A stretch of 64,000 nucleotides of DNA, taken from Nemertoderma westbladi. Its lineage: Eukaryota; Animalia; Xenacoelomorpha. The stretch's first letter is position 1; every line of letters begins with the position of its first letter. Shown here one piece after another: positions 42,482-53,363 of this stretch. The notes under the pieces are model-generated. The model ran no database searches. It had not been told where the DNA came from and worked only from the letters and a program-made list of their open reading frames with translations. Both the position numbers and the translations under genes were made by a program. The stretch covers positions 38,169-102,168 of the forward strand of contig JAUCBJ010006976.1 in the NCBI GenBank assembly GCA_032718475.1. The letters are read 5' to 3'.

Positions 42482-43907
42482 TAACCCTAACTCGCAATAA
42501 CCCTAACTCGCAATAACCCTAACTCGCAATAACCCTAACTCGCAATAACCCTAACTCGCAATAACCCTAACTCGCAATAACCCTAACTCGCAATAACCCT
42601 AACTCGCAATAACTCTATCTCGCAATAACCCTAACTCGCCATAAGCCTAACTCGCAATAAAACCTAACTCGCAATAACCCTAACTCGCAATAACCCTAAC
42701 TCGCCATAACCCTAACTCGCAATAACCCTAACTCGCAATAACCCTAACTCGCCATAACCCTAACTCGCAATAACCCCAACTCGCAATAACCTAACTCGCC
42801 ATAAGCCTAACTCGCAATAACACCTAACTCGCCATAACCCTAACTCGCAATAACCCTAACTCGCCATAAGCCTAACTCGCAATAACCCTAACTCGCAATA
42901 ACCCTAACTCGCCATAAGCCTAACTCGCAATAACCCTAACTCGCAATAACCCTAACTCGCCATAAGCCTAACTCGCAATAACCCTAACTCGCAATAACCC
43001 TAACTCGCCATAACCCTAACTCGCAATAACCCTAACTCGCAATAACCCTAACTCGCAATAACCCTAACTCGCGATAAGCCTAACTCGCAATAACCCTAAC
43101 TCGCCATAAGCCTAACTCGCAATAACCCTAACTCGCAATAACCCTAACTCGCAATAACCCTAACTCGCAATAACTCTATCTCGCAATAACCCTAACTCGC
43201 CATAAGCCTAACTCGCAATAAAACCTAACTTGCAATAACCCTAACTCGCAATAACCCTAACTCGCCATAAGCCTAACTCGCAATAACCCTAACTCGCAAT
43301 AACCCTAACTCGCCATAAGCCTAACTCGCAATAACCCTAACTCGCAATAACCCTAACTCGCAATAACCCTAACTCGCCATAAGCCTAACTCGCAATAACC
43401 CTAACTCGCCATAAGCCTAACTCGCAATAACCCTAACTCGCAATAACCCTAACTCGCCATAAGCCTAACTCGCAATAACCCTAACTCGCCATAAGCCTAA
43501 CTCGCAATAACCCTAACTCGCAATAACCCTAACTCGCCATAAGCCTAACTCCCAATAACCCTAACTCGCAATAACCCTAACTCGCAATAACCCTAACTCG
43601 CCATAAGCCTAACTCGCAATAACCCTAACTCGCCATAAGCCTAACTCGCAATAACCCTAACTCGCAATAACCCTAACTCGCAATAACCCTAACTCGCAAT
43701 AACTCTATCTCGCAATAACCCTAACTCGCCATAAGCCTAACTCGCAATAAAACCTAACTCGCAATAACCCTAACTCGCAATAACCCTAACTCGCCATAAG
43801 CCTAACTCGCAATAACCCTAACTCGCAATAACCCTAACTCGCCATAAGCCTAACTCGCAATAACCCTAACTCGCAATAACCCTAACTCGCAATAACCCTA
43901 ACTCGCA
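42482..43907. repeat. 16-bp intronic minisatellite (~89 copies)
   Basis: Unit TAACCCTAACTCGCAA with a recurrent variant TAAGCCTAACTCGCCA-type; it ends 19 nt before the next exon. Confidence 0.98.
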
Positions 43908-43926
43908 CTAACTATATTTCTTACAG

Positions 43927-44128
43927 CGCACTCCCCCTACGTCTCTATCTATATCGCCGACCCCTTTGTCCCCCCTCACCATGGTTACTCCATCGGATAT
44001 TGAGACACCTAGCGACCAACCCCCGACCAGCAGTATCTACCAGGAGATGGTCTACCAGGATGTGTCAGGTATCGACTCTGGTACAGATATATTGTGCACA
44101 AGAAGAGACACCATAGAGGGTTACTCAG
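43927..44128 (+). CDS. MAPK8IP3: JIP3/JIP4-family exon C
   Basis: tttcttacag| acceptor; RTPPTSLSISPTPLSP...SSIYQEMVYQDVSGIDSGTDIL...EGYS(G) resembles the JIP3/4 SLYxELS...DxDxGADL segment; donor CAG|gtaatt, phase 1. Confidence 0.8.
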
Positions 44129-44229
44129 GTAATTGGGTTTAATTAATTCCTCTTATCACCTTTAATCTACAGAAAAATTATGGAATACTATTATAAACCG
44201 TTTATTAAACTGTAGTAATTTTGTACACG

Positions 44230-44520
44230 ACATATGCAAGCATATAATGGGGGATGGCATCCCCCCCCCCCTTACATCCCCTTTATTTATTGCATCCAGT
44301 CCAGAATTAAATGGGAATTTCAAATCTGAAAATGGCTAAGAAAGATATCTTTTAGTTCTCGAGTTATCGTGGAATATCTGTCTGGCAATCTGTCAAAATG
44401 TAAGACAGACAGACAGACAACCGACCGACGGACAGACTAGATTCCATCAAATATTAAAACTGAACACGGAAATGAAATCAGCAACCCCGAAAGTGAAAAT
44501 CCCCGTAAATATAATTTTAG
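44230..44520. mobile_element. Possible Helentron/DINE-1-like non-autonomous element remnant
   Basis: (GACA)n/GACGGACAGAC microsatellite preceded by inverted CTGTC motifs, with AGTTCTCGAGTTAT and ATCAGCAACCCCGAAA motifs. Recognised by general resemblance only. Confidence 0.3.
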
Positions 44521-44521
44521 C

Positions 44522-44672
44522 TCGGTGGTGTACTTCCTTCATGTCAGACACTATTAACCAACCAGACCCCATCGGTGGTCTGTTTCCTTCCTGTCAGACA
44601 CTATTAACCAACCAGACCCCATCGGTGGTCTGTTTCCTTCCTGTCAGACACTATTAACCAACCAGACCCCAT
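44522..44672. repeat. 50-bp tandem repeat, 3 copies
   Basis: Unit TCGGTGGTCTGTTTCCTTCCTGTCAGACACTATTAACCAACCAGACCCCA; first copy slightly diverged. Confidence 0.92.
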
Positions 44673-45245
44673 AGGCCCATACAGGTAGTTTTGCGCGGGA
44701 AGGTTTGAACTTTGAAGGCAATTATCTCTGAATGACATTTTTTCGCACAAAAGTTCTACTCCGCCATTTCTTAACCGTTTTTTGCAATTTTCGATTTATG
44801 AAAGGTAATTTCATAAGCTTCGATAAATTTCGACCTGTTTTCGTGATTTCACAATATTTCCCTATATTTTAAAGAAAAATTAGAAAAAAACATGGGTTTT
44901 TATTTTTATTTTTACAAAATTGCCTATTATCAGAAATAGAAAATGAAAATACAAAAAGTCGTCAAAAAATATGATGAAAATGAACATGTTGGTTCCAAAA
45001 AATGTGGTATCGAAAAATAATAATGGAAAATAACTGAGTAGTCTTTTTAGTGAAATCTCACGCCGGCTGCTAGGGGGCGCCAACAGTTTTTTAAATTAAT
45101 TTACTTTTAGTTCAATCTCTTTTCAATGGTATTTCGTACATTGGGGATATAAACTAATTAATTTATTAAAACCTTCGGGGGCTACCCCCCCCCCCCCCCC
45201 CCACACACAATGTTTACGGAAATGTTCCATCCATCTCCCATATAG

Positions 45246-45290
45246 ATGACGATAGTACAGCTTCTGAAGAGGAATATTTTAAGTACACGG
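45246..45290 (+). CDS. Candidate 45-nt symmetric (phase 1-1) cassette exon of the JIP3/4 gene
   Basis: ccatctcccatatag| acceptor; in-frame (D)DDSTASEEEYFKYT(G); donor CGG|gtttgt; keeps the frame between exons C and D. Confidence 0.5.
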
Positions 45291-46087
45291 GTTTGTATTA
45301 TTCAACTACACCTTGTGTGTCTGATGGTTGGGGTATATTTAATCAACTCAAGATTGCGGGTGGGGCGAGCCACGAAGTGAGCGATCCTTAGAATAGGGGT
45401 ACCATTAACGAGTTGTCTGTCATAGTCGTAAATTTTTGATCGCTATTAACGCGGTCCTTGATGATCCTTGATGAAATTAAACCAATCTTGGTACGTATGC
45501 AGTCTCGTACTGCGCGAAGGCCCCACGAAAGTGTGTTCGAAAATTTGTTCATTGTTCACAATGGTTTTTTGAGTTGGTTTAAACAAATTCGTTTGGTATC
45601 AGGTATTATCAGGTAACAGTTACCCTTTAAATTTTTTATCTTTTTGAGTTACCGTTCAAATGTGTCTACGATAACAAAGTTAGAGTATTCGTTCTGTTCT
45701 GATGAATTGGGAATAATGTCAACTTGAGTTATTATTAATTTGCTACATTCAAATTTCCAAGTAATTAAATCTATTGGATATAAGTTTTATATAAGTTATA
45801 ATTTAATGTGTTATTGCAGAAAAATGTTGGTTAACTTTCAATCCAATAATTTCTAACTATTTGTTAGAAATATTCTCCATTTAAAATGAAACTCATTTTT
45901 TGTTTGCCCTATTTTAGCGCACGAAACGCACACGTCGCTATTGTGAATCACTTTGTCTTAATTTGTTTGTTTTCTTTTCTCAATGATTTATAAATAATAT
46001 TATTTTATTTATAAATTTAAATAAATCCAAAATTATATATTGATTTATTTATAAATATAGTATATATTTAGTTACCGTTCACTCTTT

Positions 46088-47554
46088 GGTATTGGGGTTA
46101 CCTTACGGTATTGGGGTTACCTTACGGTATTGGGGTTACCTTACGGTATTGGGGTTACCTTACGGTATTGGGGTTACCTTACGGTATTGGAGTTACCTTA
46201 CGGTATTGGGGTTACCTTACGGTATTGGGGTTACCTTACGGTATTGGGGTTACCTTACGGTATTGGGGTTACCTTACGGTATTGGGGTTACCTTACGGTA
46301 TTGGGGTTACCTTACGGTATTGGGGTTACCTTACGGTATTGGGGTTACCTTACGGTATTGGAGTTACCTTACGGTATTGGGGTTACCTTACGGTATTGGG
46401 GTTACCTTACGGTATTGGGGTTACCTTACGGTATTGGGGTTACCTTACGGTATTGGGGTTACCTTACGGTATTGGGGTTACCTTACGGTATTGGGGTTAC
46501 CTTACGGTATTGGGGTTACCTTACGGTATTGGAGTTACCTTACGGTATTGGGGTTACCTTACGGTATTGGGGTTACCTTACGGTATTGGGGTTACCTTAC
46601 GGTATTGGGGTTACCTTACGGTATTGGGGTTACCTTACGGTATTGGGGTTACCTTACGGTATTGGGGTTACCTTACGGTATTGGGGTTACCTTATGGTAT
46701 TGGGGTTACCTTACGGTATTGGGGTTACCTTACGGTATTGGGGTTACCTTATGGTATTGGGGTTACCTTACGGTATTGGGGTTACCTTACGGTATTGGGG
46801 TTACCTTACGGTATTGGGGTTACCTTACGGTATTGGGGTTACCTTACGGTATTGGGGTTACCTTACGGTATTGGGGTTACCTTACGGTATTGGGGTTACC
46901 TTACGGTATTCGGGTTACCTTACGGTATTGGGGTTACCTTACGGTATTCGGGTTACCTTACGGTATTCGGGTTACCTTACGGTATTGGGGTTACCTTACG
47001 GTATTGGGGTTACCTTACGGTATTGGGGTTACCTTACGGTATTCGGGTTACCTTACGGTATTGGGGTTACCTTACGGTATTGGGGTTACCTTACGGTATT
47101 GGGGTTACCTTACGGTATTGGGGTTACCTTACGGTATTGGGGTTACCTTACGGTATTGGGGTTACCTTACGGTATTGGGGTTACCTTACGGTATTGGGTT
47201 ACCTTACGGTATTGGGGTTACCTTACGGTATTGGGGTTACCTTACGGTATTGGGTTACCTTATGGTATTGGGGTTACCTTACGGTATTGGGTTACCTTAC
47301 GGTATTGGGGTTACCTTACGGTATTGGGGTTACCTTACGGTATTGGGGTTACCTTACGGTATTGGGGTTACCTTACAGTATTGGGGTTACCTTACGGTAT
47401 TCGGGTTACCTTACGGTATTGGGGTTACCTTACGGTATTGGGGTTACCTTACGGTATTGGGGTTACCTTACGGTATTGGGGTTACCTTACGGTATTGGGG
47501 TTACCTTACGGTATTGGGGTTACCTTACGGTATTGGGGTCACCTTACGGTATTG
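46088..47554. repeat. 19-bp intronic minisatellite (~77 copies)
   Basis: Unit GGTATTGGGGTTACCTTAC, very homogeneous. Confidence 0.98.
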
Positions 47555-48402
47555 CGTTTTGTGCCACTGACTGTTTCATTATTGGATGACTGAAGTTCGT
47601 TACATAAGTCGCGCGGTTCGTTGGTATTGGGTTAATAATTAATAACGATTCGTACAATTTAATATATTTATTTATACATTATATATATTTATATCTCCCA
47701 ATGTTCGGGCCATATATATTTATTTTAAATATATTTTTATTCTGCTGAATTATATATTTGAACACGGTAACTTGTTTTAGTTAGCGATGGCTCACCGCTA
47801 ATAAATACAACTTTAGATTTTGGAAGATAATATTTGTTGTTATAATATAAAAGTATTAATTTACTATAATTTATATTTTACAATTCCCTGTAACGATTGC
47901 AGATATATATATTTTTAACCGCTAATTCACATTATACAAGGTAGGGGTTGGTTGGGGGTACCATAACTAATGTAATATATTGGTGTTTTGTTTTTTTTAA
48001 TGCGTCATTCCAGATCCTGTTAGCGATAATATTTTCGGTGAGTAAATTATTACAATGTGGAGGGATATTCAACTTTTCACTTTGCCGAGTTTTTGTTTCC
48101 TATGAACCTAAATATTCAGCTGTATACGCAACGCACTATCACTATAATTTCCACTTAAAAATATAAATTTTCGATAAATGTGTGACCTTCTATGATCATT
48201 AAATTTAACATGTGTTATTGACTGGTTTATTGTTTTGGTTAGATTGTTAGTATGTTACAATTTTGATTCGCCTAGACTGTATATTAATTCGCCGCTGTTA
48301 GATTTGCGTCAATTTTCCTCGTCTGTCTAGCTACATCACATCGGATTAAATCTCATCACAATTGGGAGTTGAAGTTGTTAATTATTGGGTTTCTTTAATC
48401 AG

Positions 48403-48500
48403 GTATGGGTAAGGAAGTTGAAGCGCTTATCGTGGAAAATTCCCAGTTACGAGAGACAAAAGATGCTCTTAATGTTGTGAAGGACGACCTGATCTGCAAG
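48403..48500 (+). CDS. MAPK8IP3: JIP3/JIP4-family exon D (leucine zipper II)
   Basis: tttctttaatcag| acceptor; (G)[32 protein letters not shown] closely matches JIP3 [33 protein letters not shown]; donor AAG|gttagt. Confidence 0.95.
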
Positions 48501-49186
48501 GTTAGTCGTTTATTCTGGTGGTAGTTTTACCAGAAAGGGATTTAAATCAGCGGATATTTGTGCCAAAATATGGAGATATACGATTATCTTTAACATTATT
48601 ATTCCAATAGGACATTACAACACGAGCTTCCGGTATTACTTTTGCTCGTTTTAAACTTTTACTAAAATATAAATATTAAATCCTCAACATTTTAAACTAA
48701 TTATTTTTGTGCAGAAACTTTTTAATCTTGTTGATTAAATGAGAGTAGATAGAATGTCCTGCTATTTATTTTGATTTGATTTGATTTCATTTGTATTTAA
48801 TCAAATAAAAATTAACATTATTGTTGACATTATGAAATAAAAGTGCTCAGCACGAATAAAAACAGATGATACGCGTAATATAAGTAAATAGCAAATGTGG
48901 CGTAGTTCACGAAACAAGGTTATAGAAATATGTCAAGTAAGATACATCATAAACACAAAGGAGAATTACAAGAGATGTAATAATGATGAGAGACAAGATA
49001 CATTCCTTCACACTTCACACATTAATTAATTAATTCAAATTCGGAGATTGTGGAAATTCACATTCAAGAATATTGAGTTCGTTTGCAACCATTGAATTAT
49101 AATCATCTAAGTCGCAATAGAGTTAAAATTACTAAGACGAGTTGGTAGAATGTTGAAACCATAATAAAATGAGTTTACAGTGCAAG

Positions 49187-49226
49187 TACAGACGTTTCGT
49201 TATTTACTAATAACATCATCAGCGTA
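49187..49226 (-). ncRNA. Minimal type I hammerhead ribozyme (minus-strand copy)
   Basis: TACG CTGATGA T GTTATT-AGTA-AATAAC GAAA CG TC TGTA; stem I closes with a G-U wobble. Confidence 0.7.
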
Positions 49227-49350
49227 AATATTTTTGTTTTGAGCTTACAGTACTTCTTGTTAGGAATTGGCGGGTAATTTGAACTTTTGTTGTAGTCCTA
49301 CACTAGGTTTAATTGTATAACTGTTTTATTGTCTGTTTGTGCCGCTTATT

Positions 49351-49390
49351 TACGCTGATGATGTTATTAGTAAATAACGAAACGTCCGTA
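49351..49390 (+). ncRNA. Minimal type I hammerhead ribozyme (plus-strand copy)
   Basis: TACG CTGATGA T GTTATT-AGTA-AATAAC GAAA CG TC CGTA: stem I TACG/CGTA, perfect 6-bp stem II, intact CUGAUGA and GAAA core, GUC triplet, vestigial palindromic stem III. Confidence 0.75.
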
Positions 49391-49489
49391 CTTGCACTGT
49401 AAACTCATTTTATTATGGTTTCAACATTCTACCAACTCGTCTTAGTAATTTTAACTCTATTGCGACTTAGATTCCCTCCTGGGACCTCA

Positions 49490-50270
49490 TTAACTTCTAT
49501 AATCATCTAGTTTTGAGCTTGGGGTTTTCGCCCACTGGTATCTTGGTTGAGAGTGTGTGCTTCTACATTTAGTTTCATTTCGTGGTTGGGGGATGGATAA
49601 CTGTATGCTGCAGTATACTGGAGCGTGATCGGAGTGATTGAGTGCATGGTCATACTGGGCCACATACCCACTTGATAGATGAGGTAGAACAGATTTGTTG
49701 GTGATAATGTGGTCAATGTAGGAGTGTCCATGACCATAGAAGGTGGCAGTGGGACCACTAAAAAATTTGGAGTACCAGTCAATAGCTGTCAAATTGTTTT
49801 CATTCATGAAGCTGAGCAGAATTTTTCCCCGAGCAGAGGGCTCCATTCTCATATATCGATCCCCTTGCGTTGCACCAATAGCTCCATTCTCATCATGCAA
49901 TAAAGCTAGTGCGCTGAGTCTATTCAGAAAGTTATGATATGATTCTGTTGATTTACCAGCATCTGTGGCATACCCGGTGACAATGAGAAAAGATTCGTCG
50001 CAGTTTTTGAATGTTATATCCATCCCAATAATATCGTCATGTGATTTCACAACATTGTAGTTATCAATTTTACTGTTCCGTACTAATAAGGCAACTCCTC
50101 CGCAACTCCTCCGCAACTCCTCCGCAACTCCTCTGATTGCAGATATTGAACCCATTTTGTCGCTGACAAGGTATTTGCATATAAATTCTTCATTTAAGTC
50201 TTTTTCTAATAGCTCTCTTGCTTCATAATCTGCCAGCCAATGTTCTTGTAGGCCTATAATATCATGACCA
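49490..50270 (-). mobile_element. LINE (CR1/L2-like) APE endonuclease fragment
   Basis: HDIIGLQEHWL...GGVALL...GKILLSF...ATF...SYIDHII...NHSDHAPV are EEP-domain motifs. The GDFN motif is missing and an 11-bp unit (GCAACTCCTCC) is repeated about 4 times, so the copy is degenerate. Confidence 0.85.
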
Positions 50271-50569
50271 TATATATTTTCTACTACATAGTTAGAGTTG
50301 CCTTTAAAGCCCCGACAATTTATGGTTGCTCAACTCAATTCGCATTGTTTGCCGGTGAGTTTTGTCTGATTTGTTTCTATGAGGTTGTTATCCACTGCAG
50401 TGTCTCCCTCACTGTCATCAAACACGCTGTGAGACCTTGTGTCGATTGGTTTTGTTTAAGTGGGAATTATAGTGCATGCTTGATATTTAATTGCTACCAT
50501 TTATCTGCTTTTTTTTGTAAGTCAATTAATTATATTACCAAATAATCGGAATATTTATGAATCTTTTAG

Positions 50570-50842
50570 TTGGATGAGTCGAACTGTAGTCTCGAAGTTA
50601 TCAAAGGCGAATTCGAGGCTCTAAGATCCAATAGGGACAGTCTACAGACCAAGTTCACCGAATTGGAAGAGACTGTTAAACAACTAAAGAGTGAAGTCCT
50701 CAAAGCGAAGGAGAATGCCATGGAAGAGTCTGGAGAAGAATCCATTGGTGGATCGATTCAGAAGAAACGGTTCACTAGGGTGGAGATGGCGAGAGTGTTG
50801 ATGGAAAGGAACCAGTACAAGGAGAGGTTGATGGAGTTACAG
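50570..50842 (+). CDS. MAPK8IP3: JIP3/JIP4-family exon E (LZII end and RH2 domain)
   Basis: atcttttag| acceptor; LDESNCSLEVIKGE...KKRFTRVEMARVLMERNQYKERLMELQ is the near-invariant JIP3/4 RH2 motif; donor CAG|gtgaga. Confidence 0.97.
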
Positions 50843-51430
50843 GTGAGAATTAATGTAGAGGAGCGAGTAGAGGGAGAGGTTGATGGAGTTACAGGTGAGA
50901 GTTAATGTAGAGGAGCGAGTAGAGGGAGAGGTTGATGGAGTTACAGGTGAGAGTTAATGTAGAGGAGCGAGTGGAGGGAGAGGTTGATGGAGTTACAGGT
51001 GAGAATTAATGTAGAGGAGCGAGTAGAGGGAGAGGTTGATGGAGTTACAGGTGATAATTAATGTAGAGGAGCGAGTAGAGGGAGAGGTTGATGGAGTTAC
51101 AGGTTAGAGTTAATGTAGAGGATCGAGTAGAGGGAGAGGTTGATGGAGTTACAGGTGAGAATTAATGTAGAGGAGCGAGTAGAGGGAGAGGTTGATGGAG
51201 TTACAGGTGAGAATTAATGTAGAGGAGCGAGTAGAGGGAGAGGTTGATGGAGTTACAGGTGAGAGTTAATGTAGAGGAGCGAGTAGAGGGAGAGGTTGAT
51301 GGAGTAACAGGTGATAATTAATGTAGAGGAGCGAGTAGAGGGAGAGGTTGATGGAGTTACAGGTGAGAGTTAATGTAGAGGATCGAGTAGAGGGAGAGGT
51401 TGATGGAGTTACTGGTGAGAGTTAATGTAG
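50821..51430 (+). repeat. 52-bp tandem repeat (~11.7 copies) spanning the exon E/intron boundary
   Basis: Unit GGAGAGGTTGATGGAGTTACAG|GTGAGA(A/G)TTAATGTAGAGGAGCGAGTAGAG = last 22 exon nt plus first 30 intron nt. Confidence 0.97.
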
Positions 51431-52066
51431 ATTTCATGACTTTTAATGTTGATGGAAACTTGACAACAATCGATAACATTCAACTAAGGAAGGTCGACGA
51501 CTTCCAGTACCTTGGATCATGGATAGAGAGTAGCAAAAAGGACATAGAAGTTAGGAAAGCAAAGGCTTGGGTAGCTCTATCAAAAATGGATACCATCTGG
51601 AAATCAGATCTCTCCAGGCACCTGAAGACTAAGTTCTTTCGAGCCACAGTGGAAAGTGTATTTTTATACGGGGGTGAGACCTGGACACTGACTAAATCAC
51701 TTGAACAACGAATTGATGGTTGCTACACAAGACTACTAAGGGCAGCCCTAAACATCAGCTGGAGACAACACATGACAAACGCCGAGCTTTATGTTACAAT
51801 ACCACCTGTATCAACCACCCTCCGTGAACGCAGATTAAGATTCAGTGGGCACTGCTGGCGAAGTAAAGACTAGGTCATACCAGATCTACTTTTCTGGCAA
51901 CCGACTCATGGAAAGCGTAGTCGTGGACGACCGGCCATAACATATATAGATCAACTTGAAAGGGATACTGAACTTCGGAGAAACGAAATTGCGACAACTA
52001 TGGAGAATCGGGAAGCCTGGAAGGATCTCATATCCACTGTCCGAGTTCGCTCGACCTAGTAGTAGT
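51430..52066 (+). mobile_element. 5'-truncated RTE-clade LINE with (TAG)n tail and target-site duplication
   Basis: VDDFQYLGSWI...ESVFLYGGETW...RRLRFSGHCWR...LFWQPTHGKRSRGRP is the RTE C-terminus, with a premature TAG at 51871. Tail TAGTAGTAGT; TSD AGTTAATGTA at 51420-51429 and 52067-52076. Confidence 0.92.
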
Positions 52067-52318
52067 AGTTAATGTATAAGAGCCAGTGATAGTGATGTTT
52101 TCAAAGAAGTTGGAATGCATAATTGACATGCTTTGACGAACCACTCCTTACACTGTAAATGATTCGTTTAATGATTAATAGAAAAACCTGCTTGATAGAG
52201 AATTTGATTTTGTGTGATAAAGCAGTTTATGATTTTGATATTATTTTTAATATATTAAGATGATTCCAGAAGCATCATCTGTCTCTGTCATCTGTCAATC
52301 AATATTATCTACTTATAG

Positions 52319-52407
52319 GAGGCTGTCCGTTGGAGCGAGTTGCTAAGGGTAACCAAGGACAACAACCTCGATCAGAGTAACAGACGTCGAGGTTCAGTTT
52401 GGAAATT
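52319..52407 (+). CDS. MAPK8IP3: JIP3/JIP4-family exon F (end of RH2)
   Basis: ctacttatag| acceptor; EAVRWSELLRVTKDNNLDQSNRRRGSVWK resembles JIP3 EAVRWTEMIRASRE...KKSTIWQF; donor |gtgagt. Confidence 0.93.
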
Positions 52408-52989
52408 GTGAGTTTTTTAATTTTTTAAATATATTTTTTTATTTTTTTTTTAAGCTGTTTTTATACTTTGTTTGGTTCATATTTTCTTTACAGTGATTTA
52501 TATATATAAACCTTAATAATAATGGAAGGGCTGAGCATAAAAAGGTCCTTCTGTGTCATTCTCAGATAATCACACTTTTGCGTTTTTTTTACCTACGTTG
52601 ATGTCGGCATTCTCTATTTTTGCATGCGATTACATAAATGTACTTCAAAATCCTTACTTTAAAAAATTTTTTTTTTAACTTCAAAATTGTTTCGCATATC
52701 AGGCAGTATTGTACAGAAGACCTTTTTTGTTTATGTCTATGCGATTTTTACTGTAGGTCATTGGTCAGTAAAGATGGCACATATTTGCAAATTCACACTT
52801 TTCTCCCTATGGGTATGATATCGCTACCCTGTTTACCTGGCGTCCCGTGTCGGGCTGATCGTGCGCTCCTCTCACACAATTTTTGTTTCCCCAACACTAA
52901 CTCCGCTCCACTTTCACCCTGACCCTCCTTTACTTCTCCTCACTCTCGCTCTAACCCTCGGACCTCCTTGTCCCTCACTCTGCCTCTCA

Positions 52990-53004
52990 CTCCTCCCCCC
53001 CCCA
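52990..53004 (-). promoter_or_regulatory. Candidate polypurine tract 2 (followed by TG at 52989)
   Basis: Minus strand G-run + AGGAG|TGAGAGG..., which would define a ~160-bp 3' LTR ending in CA at 52830. Confidence 0.4.
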
Positions 53005-53363
53005 CACTTGAATTGCACCCGCACTCTCCTCACGCTGTTACTCAACCCCTATCTCACCCACTCACTCCTTCTGACGAGTCTCACCCCTCTCCCGTGCCGT
53101 CGCACTCAAGAAGTGTGATGTCGTCCCATGTCTCGTCCGCGGTTCATAGTATTATAGTCTATTGGTCCCCAGTCCCAGTAGCTAATTGGAAAAAGGTTGT
53201 ATGACTATAGTACTTACTTTGATTACATTTGTTTACTAAACTAATAATGATTACTACGTACGTACATACTAATTGCACTTTTCAATTATTTAGATTATTT
53301 GAATTTGTACTTAGGAGTTCGCACGTCTCACGTGGTGCCTTCCAGGCATACCACATCGAAGTC

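Larger units (their letters stand above)
49105..49472. mobile_element. Inverted repeat (126-bp arms, 116-bp spacer), Penelope-like element pseudo-LTR remnant
   Basis: 49105-49230 is the reverse complement of 49347-49472 with one mismatch seen. Each arm contains a CTGATGA...CGAAACGTC hammerhead core, a hallmark of Penelope-like element ends. Confidence 0.75.

Noticed and set aside
42482-43907. Telomere or interstitial telomeric array
   Set aside because: TAACCC is embedded in a 16-bp unit rather than in hexamer repeats, and the array is inside an intron.
45064-45082. CTCF-like motif GCTGCTAGGGGGCGCC
   Set aside because: Single imperfect match inside probable repeat-derived sequence; cannot be supported from sequence alone.
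46086-47593. Three ~490-aa ORFs with LGLPYGIGVTLRYWGYLTV repeats
   Set aside because: A stop-free 19-bp unit is open in all three + frames; intronic, no ATG start.
48770-49097. Possible minus-strand LINE 3' UTR with (AAATC)n tail, plus a 12-bp direct repeat TATAATCATCTA at ~49098 and ~49498
   Set aside because: Suggestive, but no coding remnant confirms it and the direct repeat does not flank the inverted repeat symmetrically, so it was not called as a feature or TSD.
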